This document shows, piece after piece, positions 49,545 through 60,200 of a stretch of 64,000 nucleotides of DNA. The first letter of the stretch is position 1. Every line of letters begins with the position of its first letter. The stretch lies in NCBI GenBank assembly GCA_018823415.1, contig JAHJIN010000185.1, positions 46,880 to 110,879 on the forward strand, read 5' to 3'. The notes under the pieces are model-generated. The model did no database searches. It was given only the letters and a program-made list of their open reading frames with translations, and was not told where the DNA came from. Origin of the DNA: Chloroflexota bacterium. Its GTDB lineage: Bacteria; Chloroflexota; JAHJIN01. The position numbers and the translations under genes are program-made.

Positions 49545-51380
49545 ATGAAGGAGCGCTCGTTTTTGCTAAAAGCCTTGTCCATAATCGCGCTCGTGGGACT
49601 GTTGGCTGTTGTGCCCGGCCTGACCGCAGCCACACCAGCCGGTTCGTACCAGGCGATGATGGACCCGGCATTGATGGGTGCGTTGGACAAGGGCGGAGCC
49701 GCAGTAGGCGTCATTGTGCAGAGTGACGCCGGGGCAGCGGCAGCGGGCGCTGCCGTGGTCCGCGCTGGCGGCCAGGTGACGGCCGAGTTGTGGATCATCA
49801 ATAGCGTGTCGGCTCGGGTAGACGGCGTGGCCCTGGCGCGTTTGCAGGCCGACCCGGCCGTCTCGCGCATCTCGCGAGACATCGGGGTCAAGGTCAGTGG
49901 AGGACCGGGGGGGGGCAACGACGATGAATTCGAATTGCTCAACTTGCCGGTCCAGGACGTAGATGCGGCCTGGCTGCACGATGAGGGCATCCAGGGGCGG
50001 AACGTGGGCGTGGCGGTGTTGGATACGGGCATCGCCTCCAAGCCTCACATCAAGCTCCAGGGTCAGGCGGCTGTGGACTTTGTGGAGCCAGCGTATAGCG
50101 GTCAGTTCCGTGACCCCCACGGGCATGGCACACTGATGGCCGGCATCATCGGGAGCAACTGGAAAGACCCGCGCCAGGACGTGCGCATGGGTCTGGCGCC
50201 CAAGGCCAAGCTGGTTTCCGTGCGCGTGCTGGACGCCAACGGCCAGGGCTCTTATTCGACGGCGATCCAGGGCCTGCAGTGGATATTGGAGCACAAGGCC
50301 CAGTTCAACATCCGCGTGGTGAACATGTCCCTGCACGCCGAAGTGGTGTGCCCATACTTTTTCGACGCGCTAGATCAGGCGGCAGAGGTGGTGTGGCGCA
50401 ACGGGATCGTAGTGGTGGCGGCGGCCGGGAACGCCGGCCCTGATCCCGCGACCATTACCGCTCCTGGCAATGACCCGTACATCATCACTGCGGGGGCTAT
50501 TCACACCAAGGATACCCCCGGCGACCGATCAGACGACTATATCGCGCCGTTTTCCTCCAGTGGTCCCACCCTGGACAACTTTGTCAAACCCGATATTGTG
50601 GCCCCGGGCGTGCGCATTTGTTCCCTTTTGGCTTCGCCCGACTGCACCATTGCCCAGCAATACCCGGAGAACATTCTGGATTCGCAGCAGCGGCTGTTCA
50701 AGATCAGCGGCACTTCGGCCTCCGCAGCAGTGGTTTCGGGCATCGTGGCGCTGATGGTAGACGAACATCCGGGTATCACCCCAGACGTGGTCAAGTATCG
50801 GCTGATGGCAAATGCCTGGGTGGGCGGCAACGAAGAGTTGGGCCTGTACTACAGCCCACTGCGCCAGGGTTGCGGCTATGTGAATGCCAAGGCAGCGGTC
50901 CAGTCTACCCTGGACGGTACGGCCAATGGCGGCCTGGTCCCAGACCAATATTGTGTTGGCTATGCCCTGGACGCTTTGTTTGATGGTTTGACCTTTATCG
51001 ACGGCCAGACCTGGACCGGCTCTGAATTGTGCTGGTTCACCGGCCAGACCTGGACTGGCAATCTCCTCTGGATCGACGGTCAAACCTGGACTGGCGGGCA
51101 GACGTGGACTGGTGGTCAAACCTGGACTGGCGGACAGACCTGGACCGGCGGCGTGACGTGGTTCTCCGGCCAGACCTGGACTGGTGGACAGACCTGGACT
51201 GGCGGGCAGACCTGGACCGGCGGCCAGACCTGGACTGGCGGTCAGACGTGGACTGGTGGACAGACCTGGACCGGGGGACAGACCTGGACTGGTGGACAGA
51301 CTTGGAGTGGTGGACAAACCTGGAGTGGCGGACAGACCTGGAGCGGCGGCGTCACCTTTGTGAGTTTCGTGAACCTCTGA
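49545..51380 (+). CDS. secreted subtilisin-family (S8) protease with a C-terminal GQTWTGG heptad-repeat domain
   Basis: Signal peptide MKERSFLLKALSIIALVGLLAVVPGLTAA. Catalytic D (VAVLDTGI), H (HGHGT) and S (SGTSASAA). About 18 heptads at the C-terminus. Confidence 0.85.
   Translation: MKERSFLLKALSIIALVGLLAVVPGLTAATPAGSYQAMMDPALMGALDKGGAAVGVIVQSDAGAAAAGAAVVRAGGQVTAELWIINSVSARVDGVALARLQADPAVSRISRDIGVKVSGGPGGGNDDEFELLNLPVQDVDAAWLHDEGIQGRNVGVAVLDTGIASKPHIKLQGQAAVDFVEPAYSGQFRDPHGHGTLMAGIIGSNWKDPRQDVRMGLAPKAKLVSVRVLDANGQGSYSTAIQGLQWILEHKAQFNIRVVNMSLHAEVVCPYFFDALDQAAEVVWRNGIVVVAAAGNAGPDPATITAPGNDPYIITAGAIHTKDTPGDRSDDYIAPFSSSGPTLDNFVKPDIVAPGVRICSLLASPDCTIAQQYPENILDSQQRLFKISGTSASAAVVSGIVALMVDEHPGITPDVVKYRLMANAWVGGNEELGLYYSPLRQGCGYVNAKAAVQSTLDGTANGGLVPDQYCVGYALDALFDGLTFIDGQTWTGSELCWFTGQTWTGNLLWIDGQTWTGGQTWTGGQTWTGGQTWTGGVTWFSGQTWTGGQTWTGGQTWTGGQTWTGGQTWTGGQTWTGGQTWTGGQTWSGGQTWSGGQTWSGGVTFVSFVNL
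51003..51350 (+). repeat. coding 21-bp tandem repeat (GQTW[TS]GG heptads)
   Basis: 16 GQTW[TS]G units plus 2 variants (GVTWFS, GVTFVS). Copies differ mainly at synonymous positions. Confidence 0.9.
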
Positions 51381-51416
51381 TCAACTGCTCTCGTTATCCC
51401 GGCACCGGAGCAAAAA

Positions 51417-51442
51417 GGGGGACGGTCTCATGACCGTCCCCC
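51417..51442. terminator. bidirectional hairpin between convergent genes
   Basis: gggggacggtc-tcat-gaccgtccccc, with an A-run upstream. Confidence 0.7.
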
Positions 51443-51462
51443 TCATTGCGTCTACCGGGTGA

Positions 51463-53145
51463 CTAGCGATGGCCTTTGCGCGCCCGGCGCCGGTCGCGGA
51501 CGGCGTGCACGTCCTGCAAGGTGTTGGCCCCGGCCGGGCTCTTGTCGTCGCGGACCCGGGCGATGCGGGCCAGGCGCAAGGCGACACCGGCGGGGTAGCT
51601 GGGGCTATTCTGCACCTCGTCAAAGAGCACCTCTACCACCAGCCGGGGCTCCACGTAGACGGTGCTGCCGGCGCGATGCCGCTCCAGGGCCAGCAATCGC
51701 GCCGTAAGGGCCTGGAACTCGGCATCGGTGGGGCCTTTGAACGTCTTGCCCACCACCATGTACTCGCCGGTGTCCTCGTCGCGCGCGGCCAGGTGATAGT
51801 TGGAAAGCCAACCGTGGCGCCGGCCATAGCCCCAGTCCGCCGCTGCGATCACCAGGTCTAGCGTCTCCACGTGTTTGAGCTTGAGCCAGTGCCGGCCGCG
51901 CGCGCCCGGCGTATAGGCGCTACTCAATCGCTTGGCCATGACCCCCTCGTGGCCGGCCTCGTAGGCGGCTTGGGCAAAGGCCTCGGCCTTGGTCACGTCG
52001 GTGGGCATCACCTGGGTTGCCAGGGTCAGTGGCGGGGCGATGACCCCGGCCAGGGCGGCGCGCCGGGCCTCGTAGGGCTGGTCCAGGAGCGATTGCCCAT
52101 CGAGCCACAGCAGGTCAAAGGCGTGGAGATGCAGGGGGATCTGCCGGGCCAGCCGGTCCACGTCGTGGACGCGGCGGAACCGGCGCATGAGGTCCTGAAA
52201 CGGCAGGGGGCGCCCCTCGACGCCGGTCGCCACGGCCTCGCCCTCCAGGATGGCGTCCTGGGCACGCAGGCCCTCGCGTACCGCCGCCACCAGGTCCGGT
52301 ACACTGGCCGTCACGTCGGCCAGTTGGCGTGAATAGACGCGCACCTCGTCGCCTCCGCTTTGCGCGTGCACCTGCACCCGCGCCCCATCGAACTTGAACT
52401 CCAGGGCCACATCCTCGATCTTGGCGAACACGTCGGCCATGTCATCGGCTGTCTGGGCCAGCATGGGCTGGAGGGGCCGGAACAGGCGCACGGTGGCGGC
52501 TTGCAGGGCCGGCACACCCCCGGTCAAGGCGACCCCGGCCACCTCGGCGATGTCGCCCCAGAGCTGGTGGGCCCGGCGCACGGTTTTTGGTGGCGCGTCG
52601 GCGGCCCGGGCCACAGCGTCCAGCATGATTCCTTCGCTGACGCCGTGGCGCATCTCCCCGAACACGTTCTTGACGACATACTTGGCCTCGGCCGGGCTGG
52701 CGCGCTCCAGTAAGCCACGGATCAGGTCGGCCTTGCGCGTGCGAGACCCCTTGCCGGTCGCGTCGGCCATCGCCTCGAATGCCTGATAGACCTCCAGGGT
52801 GGTCAGCGGGGGCGGTGTGACCGGCTCAGCGCGGGCTGTCTCAAACAGCATTCGCACGGCCTCACCGCCGTCCACCGCCTCGGACCAGATGCGGTCGCGC
52901 TGGTCCTCGGTGGGGGCCGTGAGCTCGCATACCACGGCGCTGGCCTGCTTCCAGCTCACGTTCAGGGTGCGCGCGTCATAGGCCGGGAAGGGCTGGCCCA
53001 GGATCAAGCGCACGGCCGGGGCTACCTCGTCCGGCGCGAGCCGGCGCAGGAAATCGGCCAGAAGCGCGGCCTTTTCCAGGCGGGCGCTGGTGCGTTCCAG
53101 CGCTTCGCCCAGGTCGGCCAGATCGGCAAACCGGGTATCCATCAC
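51463..53145 (-). CDS. ATP-dependent DNA ligase (three-domain Lig1/LigB-like)
   Basis: Motif I EFKFDGARVQVH, plus further adenylation and OB-fold regions. Confidence 0.85.
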   Translation of the reverse strand: MMDTRFADLADLGEALERTSARLEKAALLADFLRRLAPDEVAPAVRLILGQPFPAYDARTLNVSWKQASAVVCELTAPTEDQRDRIWSEAVDGGEAVRMLFETARAEPVTPPPLTTLEVYQAFEAMADATGKGSRTRKADLIRGLLERASPAEAKYVVKNVFGEMRHGVSEGIMLDAVARAADAPPKTVRRAHQLWGDIAEVAGVALTGGVPALQAATVRLFRPLQPMLAQTADDMADVFAKIEDVALEFKFDGARVQVHAQSGGDEVRVYSRQLADVTASVPDLVAAVREGLRAQDAILEGEAVATGVEGRPLPFQDLMRRFRRVHDVDRLARQIPLHLHAFDLLWLDGQSLLDQPYEARRAALAGVIAPPLTLATQVMPTDVTKAEAFAQAAYEAGHEGVMAKRLSSAYTPGARGRHWLKLKHVETLDLVIAAADWGYGRRHGWLSNYHLAARDEDTGEYMVVGKTFKGPTDAEFQALTARLLALERHRAGSTVYVEPRLVVEVLFDEVQNSPSYPAGVALRLARIARVRDDKSPAGANTLQDVHAVRDRRRARKGHR

Positions 53146-53248
53146 ATAACCTCCGGCCCAGCAATCGTCATTGGCTGGACAATGCTATTGATACTTGATA
53201 TAATGACTGGCGCGCATCACTCATTCCAATAACCCGGGAGGTGTCATC

Positions 53249-54754
53249 ATGAGAGCGCTATCTGCGGTGGTATGGACGCTGGGAGCAATAGTTTTGCTCG
53301 TGGTGATCGCGGTGCATGGGGCCGGCCCGGCGGTTGCCGCGCTTCGCGAGCCGGCGCCGACCTGTCTCGCCGGCGGTGCGTTTCATCCGACGCCAGCCAT
53401 CGACGCCACGAGCGCAGTGACGCCGACCATCATCTTTTGGAACCCCGAATTTGGCGCGCGGGCCGTACCCACGGCCACGCTGGTCGCTGCCACGTTCAGC
53501 ACCGGCATGGACCCTGCCACCCTCACCGGCGCCACCTTCCGCGTCAGTCAGGGAAGCACGCCCATCAGCGGCTCGGTCCGCTATATCGCCATCAGCCAGG
53601 TAGCCGTTTTCGAGCCGGCTGTGCCGCTGGCGCCTGACGCGGCCTATACGGCCACCGTCACGTCGGGTGCGCGCAGCACGGCTGGCGTGCCCCTGGCCCA
53701 GAACGTGGCCTGGCCGTTCTCCACCACCGATGGCACGTCACCCCTGGCCGACGGCATGCACGTCTATTTTGGCGACCTGCACAGCCATTCCGCCTATTCG
53801 GATGGCAAGGGCACCCCGGCCGACGCCTTTGCCACGGCCCGGGCCAACGGGCTAGACTTTTTCGCACTGACCGATCATTCTAGCCGGCTGACGCCCGAGG
53901 AATGGCAAGACATGCTGGTCCAGGCCAACACCGTGACGGTGGAGGGCGAGTTTGTGGGGCTGCGCGGGTTCGAGTTTACCCATCCCAAGGGGCATATTAA
54001 CGTGTTCGATACCGATACCAACGTCTGGGAGGGCGACCCCAACTATGACACGCTGCCCGAGTTCTATGCCTGGCTGGCCGCCCAGCCGACGGCTATCGGC
54101 CAGTTCAACCACCCGGCCAAGACGAGCACATATGACTGGAACTTTGACGACTGGGCGTATGACGCCGGGGCCGCCAACAAGATGTGCCTGCGCGAGACGC
54201 CGGGCACCCCGCCGGAACAATACCTGTTGAGCCTCGACGCGGGCTGGCACCTGGGCGCGGTGGACAATTCGGACACGCACCGTGCCGACTGGGGCCGGTG
54301 GCGGTTCATGGGCCTGGTAGCCCCCAGCCTGACCCCTGACGCGGTCCTGGACGCCTTGCGGGCCCGGCGCACTTTTTTCGTGTACAACCGGGACTCGGCG
54401 CTGGTGATGCAGGCCAATGGATACTGGATGGGCGTGATGATCCCGCTCACCACCACGATCCAGTTTACGGTTACGGCCTATGACCCCGATCCTACGGACC
54501 GCATCCTGACGCTGGTCCTGTATGACAATGGCGCGCCCGTGGCGTCCACGTCACCGCTGGCGGCGCCGGTCCTGTATACCTGGACGACCACTATCACCGG
54601 GACGCCCGGCCACTATTATTATGCCAAGCTCTACTATGACGTGGATAGCTGGACGTATCCCTCGTACACCAGCCCGGTCTGGATGGCGCCGAACCCACTG
54701 GCGTGGCGGGCATATCTGCCGCTGGTCGCCAGGGGCTATGACGGCGCCGAGTGA
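53249..54754 (+). CDS. secreted PHP-domain metallohydrolase with N-terminal Ig-like domain
   Basis: Signal/TM at the N-terminus. GDLHSHSAYSDGKG...FFALTDHS PHP motifs. Confidence 0.7.
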   Translation: MRALSAVVWTLGAIVLLVVIAVHGAGPAVAALREPAPTCLAGGAFHPTPAIDATSAVTPTIIFWNPEFGARAVPTATLVAATFSTGMDPATLTGATFRVSQGSTPISGSVRYIAISQVAVFEPAVPLAPDAAYTATVTSGARSTAGVPLAQNVAWPFSTTDGTSPLADGMHVYFGDLHSHSAYSDGKGTPADAFATARANGLDFFALTDHSSRLTPEEWQDMLVQANTVTVEGEFVGLRGFEFTHPKGHINVFDTDTNVWEGDPNYDTLPEFYAWLAAQPTAIGQFNHPAKTSTYDWNFDDWAYDAGAANKMCLRETPGTPPEQYLLSLDAGWHLGAVDNSDTHRADWGRWRFMGLVAPSLTPDAVLDALRARRTFFVYNRDSALVMQANGYWMGVMIPLTTTIQFTVTAYDPDPTDRILTLVLYDNGAPVASTSPLAAPVLYTWTTTITGTPGHYYYAKLYYDVDSWTYPSYTSPVWMAPNPLAWRAYLPLVARGYDGAE

Positions 54755-55854
54755 CGCAGCGCAAACCGCGCCGCGACCCGCACGGCGACTATGATCCGTT
54801 GGTCGGTCACCGGAAACGCATAAGCGTCCAATTCGTCTGGGCGCACCCAGCGCACGTCGGCGCAGGCGATGGGCCGGGGTTCGCCGGCCACCAGCGTGCA
54901 CCAAAAGGCGTGCAGCGTAATGCGAAAATGTGTATAGGCGTGGGGGATGGTCGTCAGCAGATCGCCCACTGCCACCTCGATGTCTAGCTCCTCGCGCAAC
55001 TCGCGGCGCAGGCAGTTGGGCAGCGACTCGCCCGGCTCGCGCTTGCCGCCGGGAAACTCCCACAGGCCGCCCAGCATGTCGTCGGGCCGGCGCTGGGCGA
55101 TGAGCAGCCGCCCGTCGCGCTGGATCACGGCGGCCGTCACGTCATAGTGGGGAATCTGACGGCGCGGGGCGCGCACTGGCAGCGCGGCGGTCCGCCCCTG
55201 GGCCCGCGCCAGGCAGTCGGCGGCCCAGGGGCATTCGCCGCAGCGCGGGGTGCGGGGTGTGCAGACAGTGGCACCCAGGTCCATGAGGGCCTCGTTGAAC
55301 GCGCCGGCCCGGCCCGTGGGCAGCAATTCAGCGGCGATGGCCCGGAGCCGGTGGTGCGTGGCCGGCCGGGTCACGTCGTCCTCCACGACGCAGAGGCGGG
55401 CCAGCACCCGGCGCCCATTGCCATCCACGGCCGGCACGTCTTGCCCGAACGCCAGGCTGAGCACAGCCCCGGCGGTGTAATCGCCCACGCCGGGCAACGC
55501 GCGCCAGCCCTCGTAGGTGGCGGGGAACTCGCCGGCGGCAACCACCTGCCGCGCGGCCCGGTGCAGGTTCCTGGCCCGAGCATAGTAGCCCAGCCCTTCC
55601 CAGGCCTTCAGCACATCGTCCAGCGATGCGGCGGCCAGGGCCTCCACCGTGGGAAACCGGGCCAGGAACCGCTCATAGTACGGGCCGGCTGTGCCGGTCT
55701 GCGTCTGCTGGAGCATCACCTCGGCCACCCACACGCGATAGGGCGTGCGCAGCTTGGTGCGCCGCGGTTCATCGCGCCAGGGATAGGGGCGCGCCGGCTG
55801 GGACCGGTGCCAGTCCAGCAGGCGATGGGCCAGGTCGTGCGGATCCGGGCTCAC
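54736..55854 (-). CDS. mutY: A/G-specific adenine DNA glycosylase
   Basis: VWVAEVMLQQTQ, HhH-GPD region, 4Fe-4S cluster CTPRTPRCGECPWAADC, NUDIX-like C-terminus. 19-nt convergent overlap with the PHP gene. Confidence 0.85.
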   Translation of the reverse strand: MSPDPHDLAHRLLDWHRSQPARPYPWRDEPRRTKLRTPYRVWVAEVMLQQTQTGTAGPYYERFLARFPTVEALAAASLDDVLKAWEGLGYYARARNLHRAARQVVAAGEFPATYEGWRALPGVGDYTAGAVLSLAFGQDVPAVDGNGRRVLARLCVVEDDVTRPATHHRLRAIAAELLPTGRAGAFNEALMDLGATVCTPRTPRCGECPWAADCLARAQGRTAALPVRAPRRQIPHYDVTAAVIQRDGRLLIAQRRPDDMLGGLWEFPGGKREPGESLPNCLRRELREELDIEVAVGDLLTTIPHAYTHFRITLHAFWCTLVAGEPRPIACADVRWVRPDELDAYAFPVTDQRIIVAVRVAARFALRHSAPS

Positions 55855-57224
55855 CCGGCCAGCACCGACACGCCATCCAGCCCGGCCGGGTGCGCCACGC
55901 CCAGCGCGTCCAGCACCGTGGGCGTACCGTCGGTGATGTTGGGCGTGCGGTCCAGCGCCAGCGGCCGGTTGACGTAGAACATGGCGTCGTCATAGGTGTG
56001 CATGCCCACCAGCTCGGTCCCCTTGAACGTGAGCGAGTCTTTGCCCCAGGCCCCTTTGAGGTCATAGCCGCGCCGGGGCACCAGGATCAGGTCGGCGGCT
56101 TGGTCAAAACAGGGGCCGTGATACAGGTCCTCGCGGCGCAGCACGGTTTCGAGCATGGGCTCGCCGGTTGCCGGGTCGCGCAGCCCGGCCAGCAGCGCCT
56201 GGGCCAGCTCGTCGCGTAGGGCCTCGTACTCGGCGCCGGGCGACACGCAGCCGCGCGGCTCACGGCCCCGCACGTGCAGGAACACGCGGCCCGGGTCCAG
56301 GCTATAGGCCCGGGCCGTGGGGGCGATGTGCTCCAGCTTGGGCGCCGCGTCGGCCGGCACCCTCTCGAACGACAGCCAGCCGTTTTGCTCCAGCCATGTG
56401 TTCACATACACCTCGTAATCCAGCGTGCAGAACCCGTGGTCCGAGAGCACGATGAGGGTGGTGTCATCGTCCAGCCGGTCCCACACCTGGCCCAACACCT
56501 GGTCGATCTGGGCGTAACAGTCTCGAAAGGCCGGGGCATACGTGGAATGATCGGTCGCCATCTCTTCCCAGAGAAAGTGGTGCAGCCGGTCGGTCTCCAT
56601 CACGTGACACTGGGCCAGGTCCCAGTCTTCCTCGTCCATCAGGTGGAACATGGACTCGGCGCGGCGGGCCAGGGTCTCGCGAAAATCGACCAGCAGCCGG
56701 TCCTTGTCGCGCCGGGCCTGCCACGGGTCAATGTCGATGCGATAGCCCCAGGCCTTGAGGCGCTGGGCCACGGCCGGCGGATAGACAGCCTTGTCGATGC
56801 TGGGCGAGAGAAAGCAGCCAATGAGGACGCCGTTGACCTCGCGGGGCGGATATGTCACCGGCACATTCATCACGATGACACGCTTGCCGGCCCGGCTGGC
56901 GATCTCCCACAGCGTATCGCTTTTCATGTCGCGGCTGGTGGGAATGGTGACCTGATAGGTGCCGGGCCGCCGGTCGATAAAGCCATAGATGCCGTGTTGG
57001 CCGGGGTTGCGCCCGGTCATATAGCAAGACCAGGCCACGGATGAGACGGTGGGATATACCGACGTATTGGGCAGCAGCGTGCCGGCCCGGGCGATCTGCT
57101 GGAACCGGGGCATCACCCCCTCACCCATCAGGCGGGTGATGAGGCTGTGCGGCGTGCCGTCCAGGCCAATGACCACCGCCCGACGGCGCGGTGATTGGCC
57201 GCGCAATCGTTTGAACAAGCTCAT
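55851..57224 (-). CDS. alkaline-phosphatase-superfamily phosphodiesterase / nucleotide pyrophosphatase
   Basis: VVIGLDG...YPTVSSVAWSCYMTGRNPGQHG...SDHG motifs. Confidence 0.75.
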   Translation of the reverse strand: MSLFKRLRGQSPRRRAVVIGLDGTPHSLITRLMGEGVMPRFQQIARAGTLLPNTSVYPTVSSVAWSCYMTGRNPGQHGIYGFIDRRPGTYQVTIPTSRDMKSDTLWEIASRAGKRVIVMNVPVTYPPREVNGVLIGCFLSPSIDKAVYPPAVAQRLKAWGYRIDIDPWQARRDKDRLLVDFRETLARRAESMFHLMDEEDWDLAQCHVMETDRLHHFLWEEMATDHSTYAPAFRDCYAQIDQVLGQVWDRLDDDTTLIVLSDHGFCTLDYEVYVNTWLEQNGWLSFERVPADAAPKLEHIAPTARAYSLDPGRVFLHVRGREPRGCVSPGAEYEALRDELAQALLAGLRDPATGEPMLETVLRREDLYHGPCFDQAADLILVPRRGYDLKGAWGKDSLTFKGTELVGMHTYDDAMFYVNRPLALDRTPNITDGTPTVLDALGVAHPAGLDGVSVLAG

Positions 57225-57259
57225 GGGACCTCCGATTCGTGTTTCGTATTGCGTACTGC

Positions 57260-60200
57260 TTATGTGTGATGGTCTAGTACCTGGCGGACCTTGGACAGCA
57301 ACTCGTCCAGGTCGTACGGTTTGGGCAAAAAGCCGCGCGCGCCGGCGTTCAGCATGGCCCGGGCCCGGTCGTCCTCGGCATAGCCGCTGGAGATGAGCAC
57401 TGCCACCTCGGGATCGATCTCTTGCAGGTGGCGGAACGTATCGGCGCCGCTCAGGCGGGGCAAGCCCATGTCTAGTATCACCAGGTGAACGTGTGGCCGG
57501 TGTTTCTGATAGGTTTCCAGGGCCTGCCAGCCATCGGCGGCGGTCAGCACGGTATAACCGGCGCTTTCCAGGGCTTGCTGGAGCAACGTGCGAATAAAGT
57601 CCTCGTCGTCCACCACCAGGATCGTCTCCACGCCGCCAGCGCTCTCGATAGGCGCAGCGATGGGCGCCGAGGGTTGCTCCTGGCCGGCTGGCAAATAGAC
57701 GGTGAACGTGGTGCCGCGCCCCAGGGCGCTATTGACCTGGATGATTCCGCCATGGCTGCGCACGATGCCATAGACCATCGCCAGGCCCAGGCCCGAGTGC
57801 GGCTTGCCGGGCTGGCCTTTTTTGGTGGTGAAAAACGGCTCGAATATGCGCTGCTGGGTTTCCTGGTCCATGCCCACGCCAGTATCGGTCACTCTGATCC
57901 GCACATAGGCGCCGGGTTCCAGGCCCAACGCTGCGGGAGAGCCCTTTTCACCCAGGCTCGTGTTCTCGGTCTCGACGATCAGGTAACCGCCAGTGGGCAT
58001 GGCGTCGCAGGCATTCAGGCAGAGGTTGAGTAGCATCTGGTGGAGTTGGCCGGCATCGCCTTCCACCACCGCCAGGTTGGCAGCCAGGCGCGTCTCCAGG
58101 GTGATGGCCTTGTCTACCGTGCGCGCCAGCAGGCGCAGCACTTCGCGGGTCAGGTCGTCAAGGTCGGTGGGACGCACCTCGTAGCGACCGCCCCGGGCAA
58201 AAGCCAGCAACTGGTTGGTCAGTTCGGCGCCGCGCCGGGCCGACTGGATGATGGTGTCCACCGAGGTGCGCAACGGGCTATCGGCCGGCAGGTCCCGCTC
58301 CATGAGCGAGGCAAAGCCCAGGATGCCGCCCAGCAGGTTGTTAAAGTCGTGGGCGATGCCGCCAGCCAGCGTGCCGATGGCTTCCATTTTCTGGGCCTGG
58401 CGCAATTGTTCTTCCAGCCGGCGGCGCTCGCTAATGTCGCGGACCAGGGCCAGCACCAATTGGTCACCGTTCAGCCGGAGCACCGAGGTGCTGACCTCCA
58501 CCGGGACTCGGCTCCCGTCCTTGCGTACGTTTTCGGCTTCCAGGCGCAGGCCATCATTTTGCAGTTCGCGCTCGATGAGCTGCGGGATCTGGGTTTCTAT
58601 CAGCGGTGGGAGCAGGTCGCTCACGCTCATGGTCAAGAGCTCATCACGGCTATAGCCCAACATCTCGCAGGCCCGGGCGTTCACGTCCAGGATCCGGCCA
58701 TCCAACGTTTCCAGGAACACGGCATCGTTGGCTTGCTCAAAGAGCGCGCGATAGCGTGTCTCGGACGAGCGCAAGTTCTGGATCAGACGCGCGTTTTCGA
58801 TGACGGTTGCCAGGTGGCTGGCGAGCGTGGAGACCAGGTGCAAATCTGCTTCGGTGAACGCGTTTGACTGATGGCTTTCGATGTTTAGCGCACCGATAAC
58901 GCGCGAGCGGGTGCTCAGCGGCACGCACAACTCGGAGCGGGTTTGGGGGTCGTACGGGTAGTATCGTTCGTCTTGCCTGACGTCTGGCAACAGGACGGCT
59001 TGGTCGTTTTGCACTACCCAGCTCATGACACCCTGGTCAACGGGCCACGGTTGCATATGAGGCACCTGATCGGGAAAGGCGGTAGAAGCCAGGCAGACCA
59101 GGTAGTTGGTGTCGGGATCCAGCAGCATCACGACCACATCGTCGGCATTCAGTACCCGATGCAAGCTCTGCGCTGCGTGTTCCAGGATTTGGTCCAGGTG
59201 GACAGATGTGGTGGCGGCCACGATCACGTCGTATAGGGTGCTCAGGTCAGCTGCGCGCTGCTGGGTCTCTTGGAACAGCCAGGCGTTGTCGATGGCCACC
59301 GCTGCCCGGCTGGCAAATAACATCAACAAGTCCTGGTGTTCGGTGGTAAAGGCCTGGTAGCTGGTGACATTGTCTAACGACAGGGTGCCGATGGCCTGAT
59401 CCCGCACGATCAGTGGCACGCTGAGGAGCGATTTCTCTTCATAGGCCTGGGCCGAGTCTACCGATTTGAACCGTGGGTCGGCATGGACATTGCCCACGAT
59501 GACCGGTTCGCGGTGGGCAAACACCCACCCGGCGAATCCTTCCCCGGGTTTCAGCGTCACGGCGACCAGCAGGTCTGGGTCATAGCCCACGCCGGTCTGT
59601 ACCCGCAACTCGCCGCGCTTTTCGTCCCACAGGTGCAAGGTGCCCTTTTCGGCCGGGCCAATGGCGGTGATGGCTGTCTCGATCACTCGCTGCAACACCT
59701 GATCCAGGTCCAGGGTCGAGCTCATGTACCGGGCAGTAGCCATGAGCGAACTCTGTTCGTGCAGACGGCGCTGGTTGTTCTGGAACAGACGAGCGTTTTC
59801 GAGGGCGATGGTTGCCAGGTCGGCCAGGGTCGCGAGCAGAGTCATGTCGGCCGGGTCGAGCGTGCGCGGCTGGCGCCACCAGAGCAAGATCCCGCCCAGC
59901 ACCTGGTCCCCGCTGAGCATGGGGGCGGCCGTTACGCTTACATAGCCTTCGTCCAGGAGCAGGGCCTTGTATCCATAGTTCGGGGTGGCCCGCACGTCAG
60001 CCAGGTGTACTGGTTTTCGGCTATCGATCGCCTGGCCAATGGTACTCGTTTGATCAATTTGGACATGCACAGAGCGAAGGGCATCCTGAAACGCCGGGCG
60101 CAGGCCGTGGGCCACGTTTACTACCATGCTTGTGCCATTGGCCTCCCACTCGCAGATGCCAGCGGCATCGGCGGCCAACAAGCCCACGGCCCGGGTGGCA

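Noticed and set aside
51003-51350. 21-bp tandem repeats considered as a CRISPR-like or minisatellite array. The alternate-frame ORFs 51029-51433(+) and 50529-51317(-) have DLDW and PGLS repeats.
   Set aside because: There are no unique spacers. The repeats are in frame with the upstream S8 catalytic domain and vary at synonymous sites. The other two ORFs are frame shadows of the same repeat.
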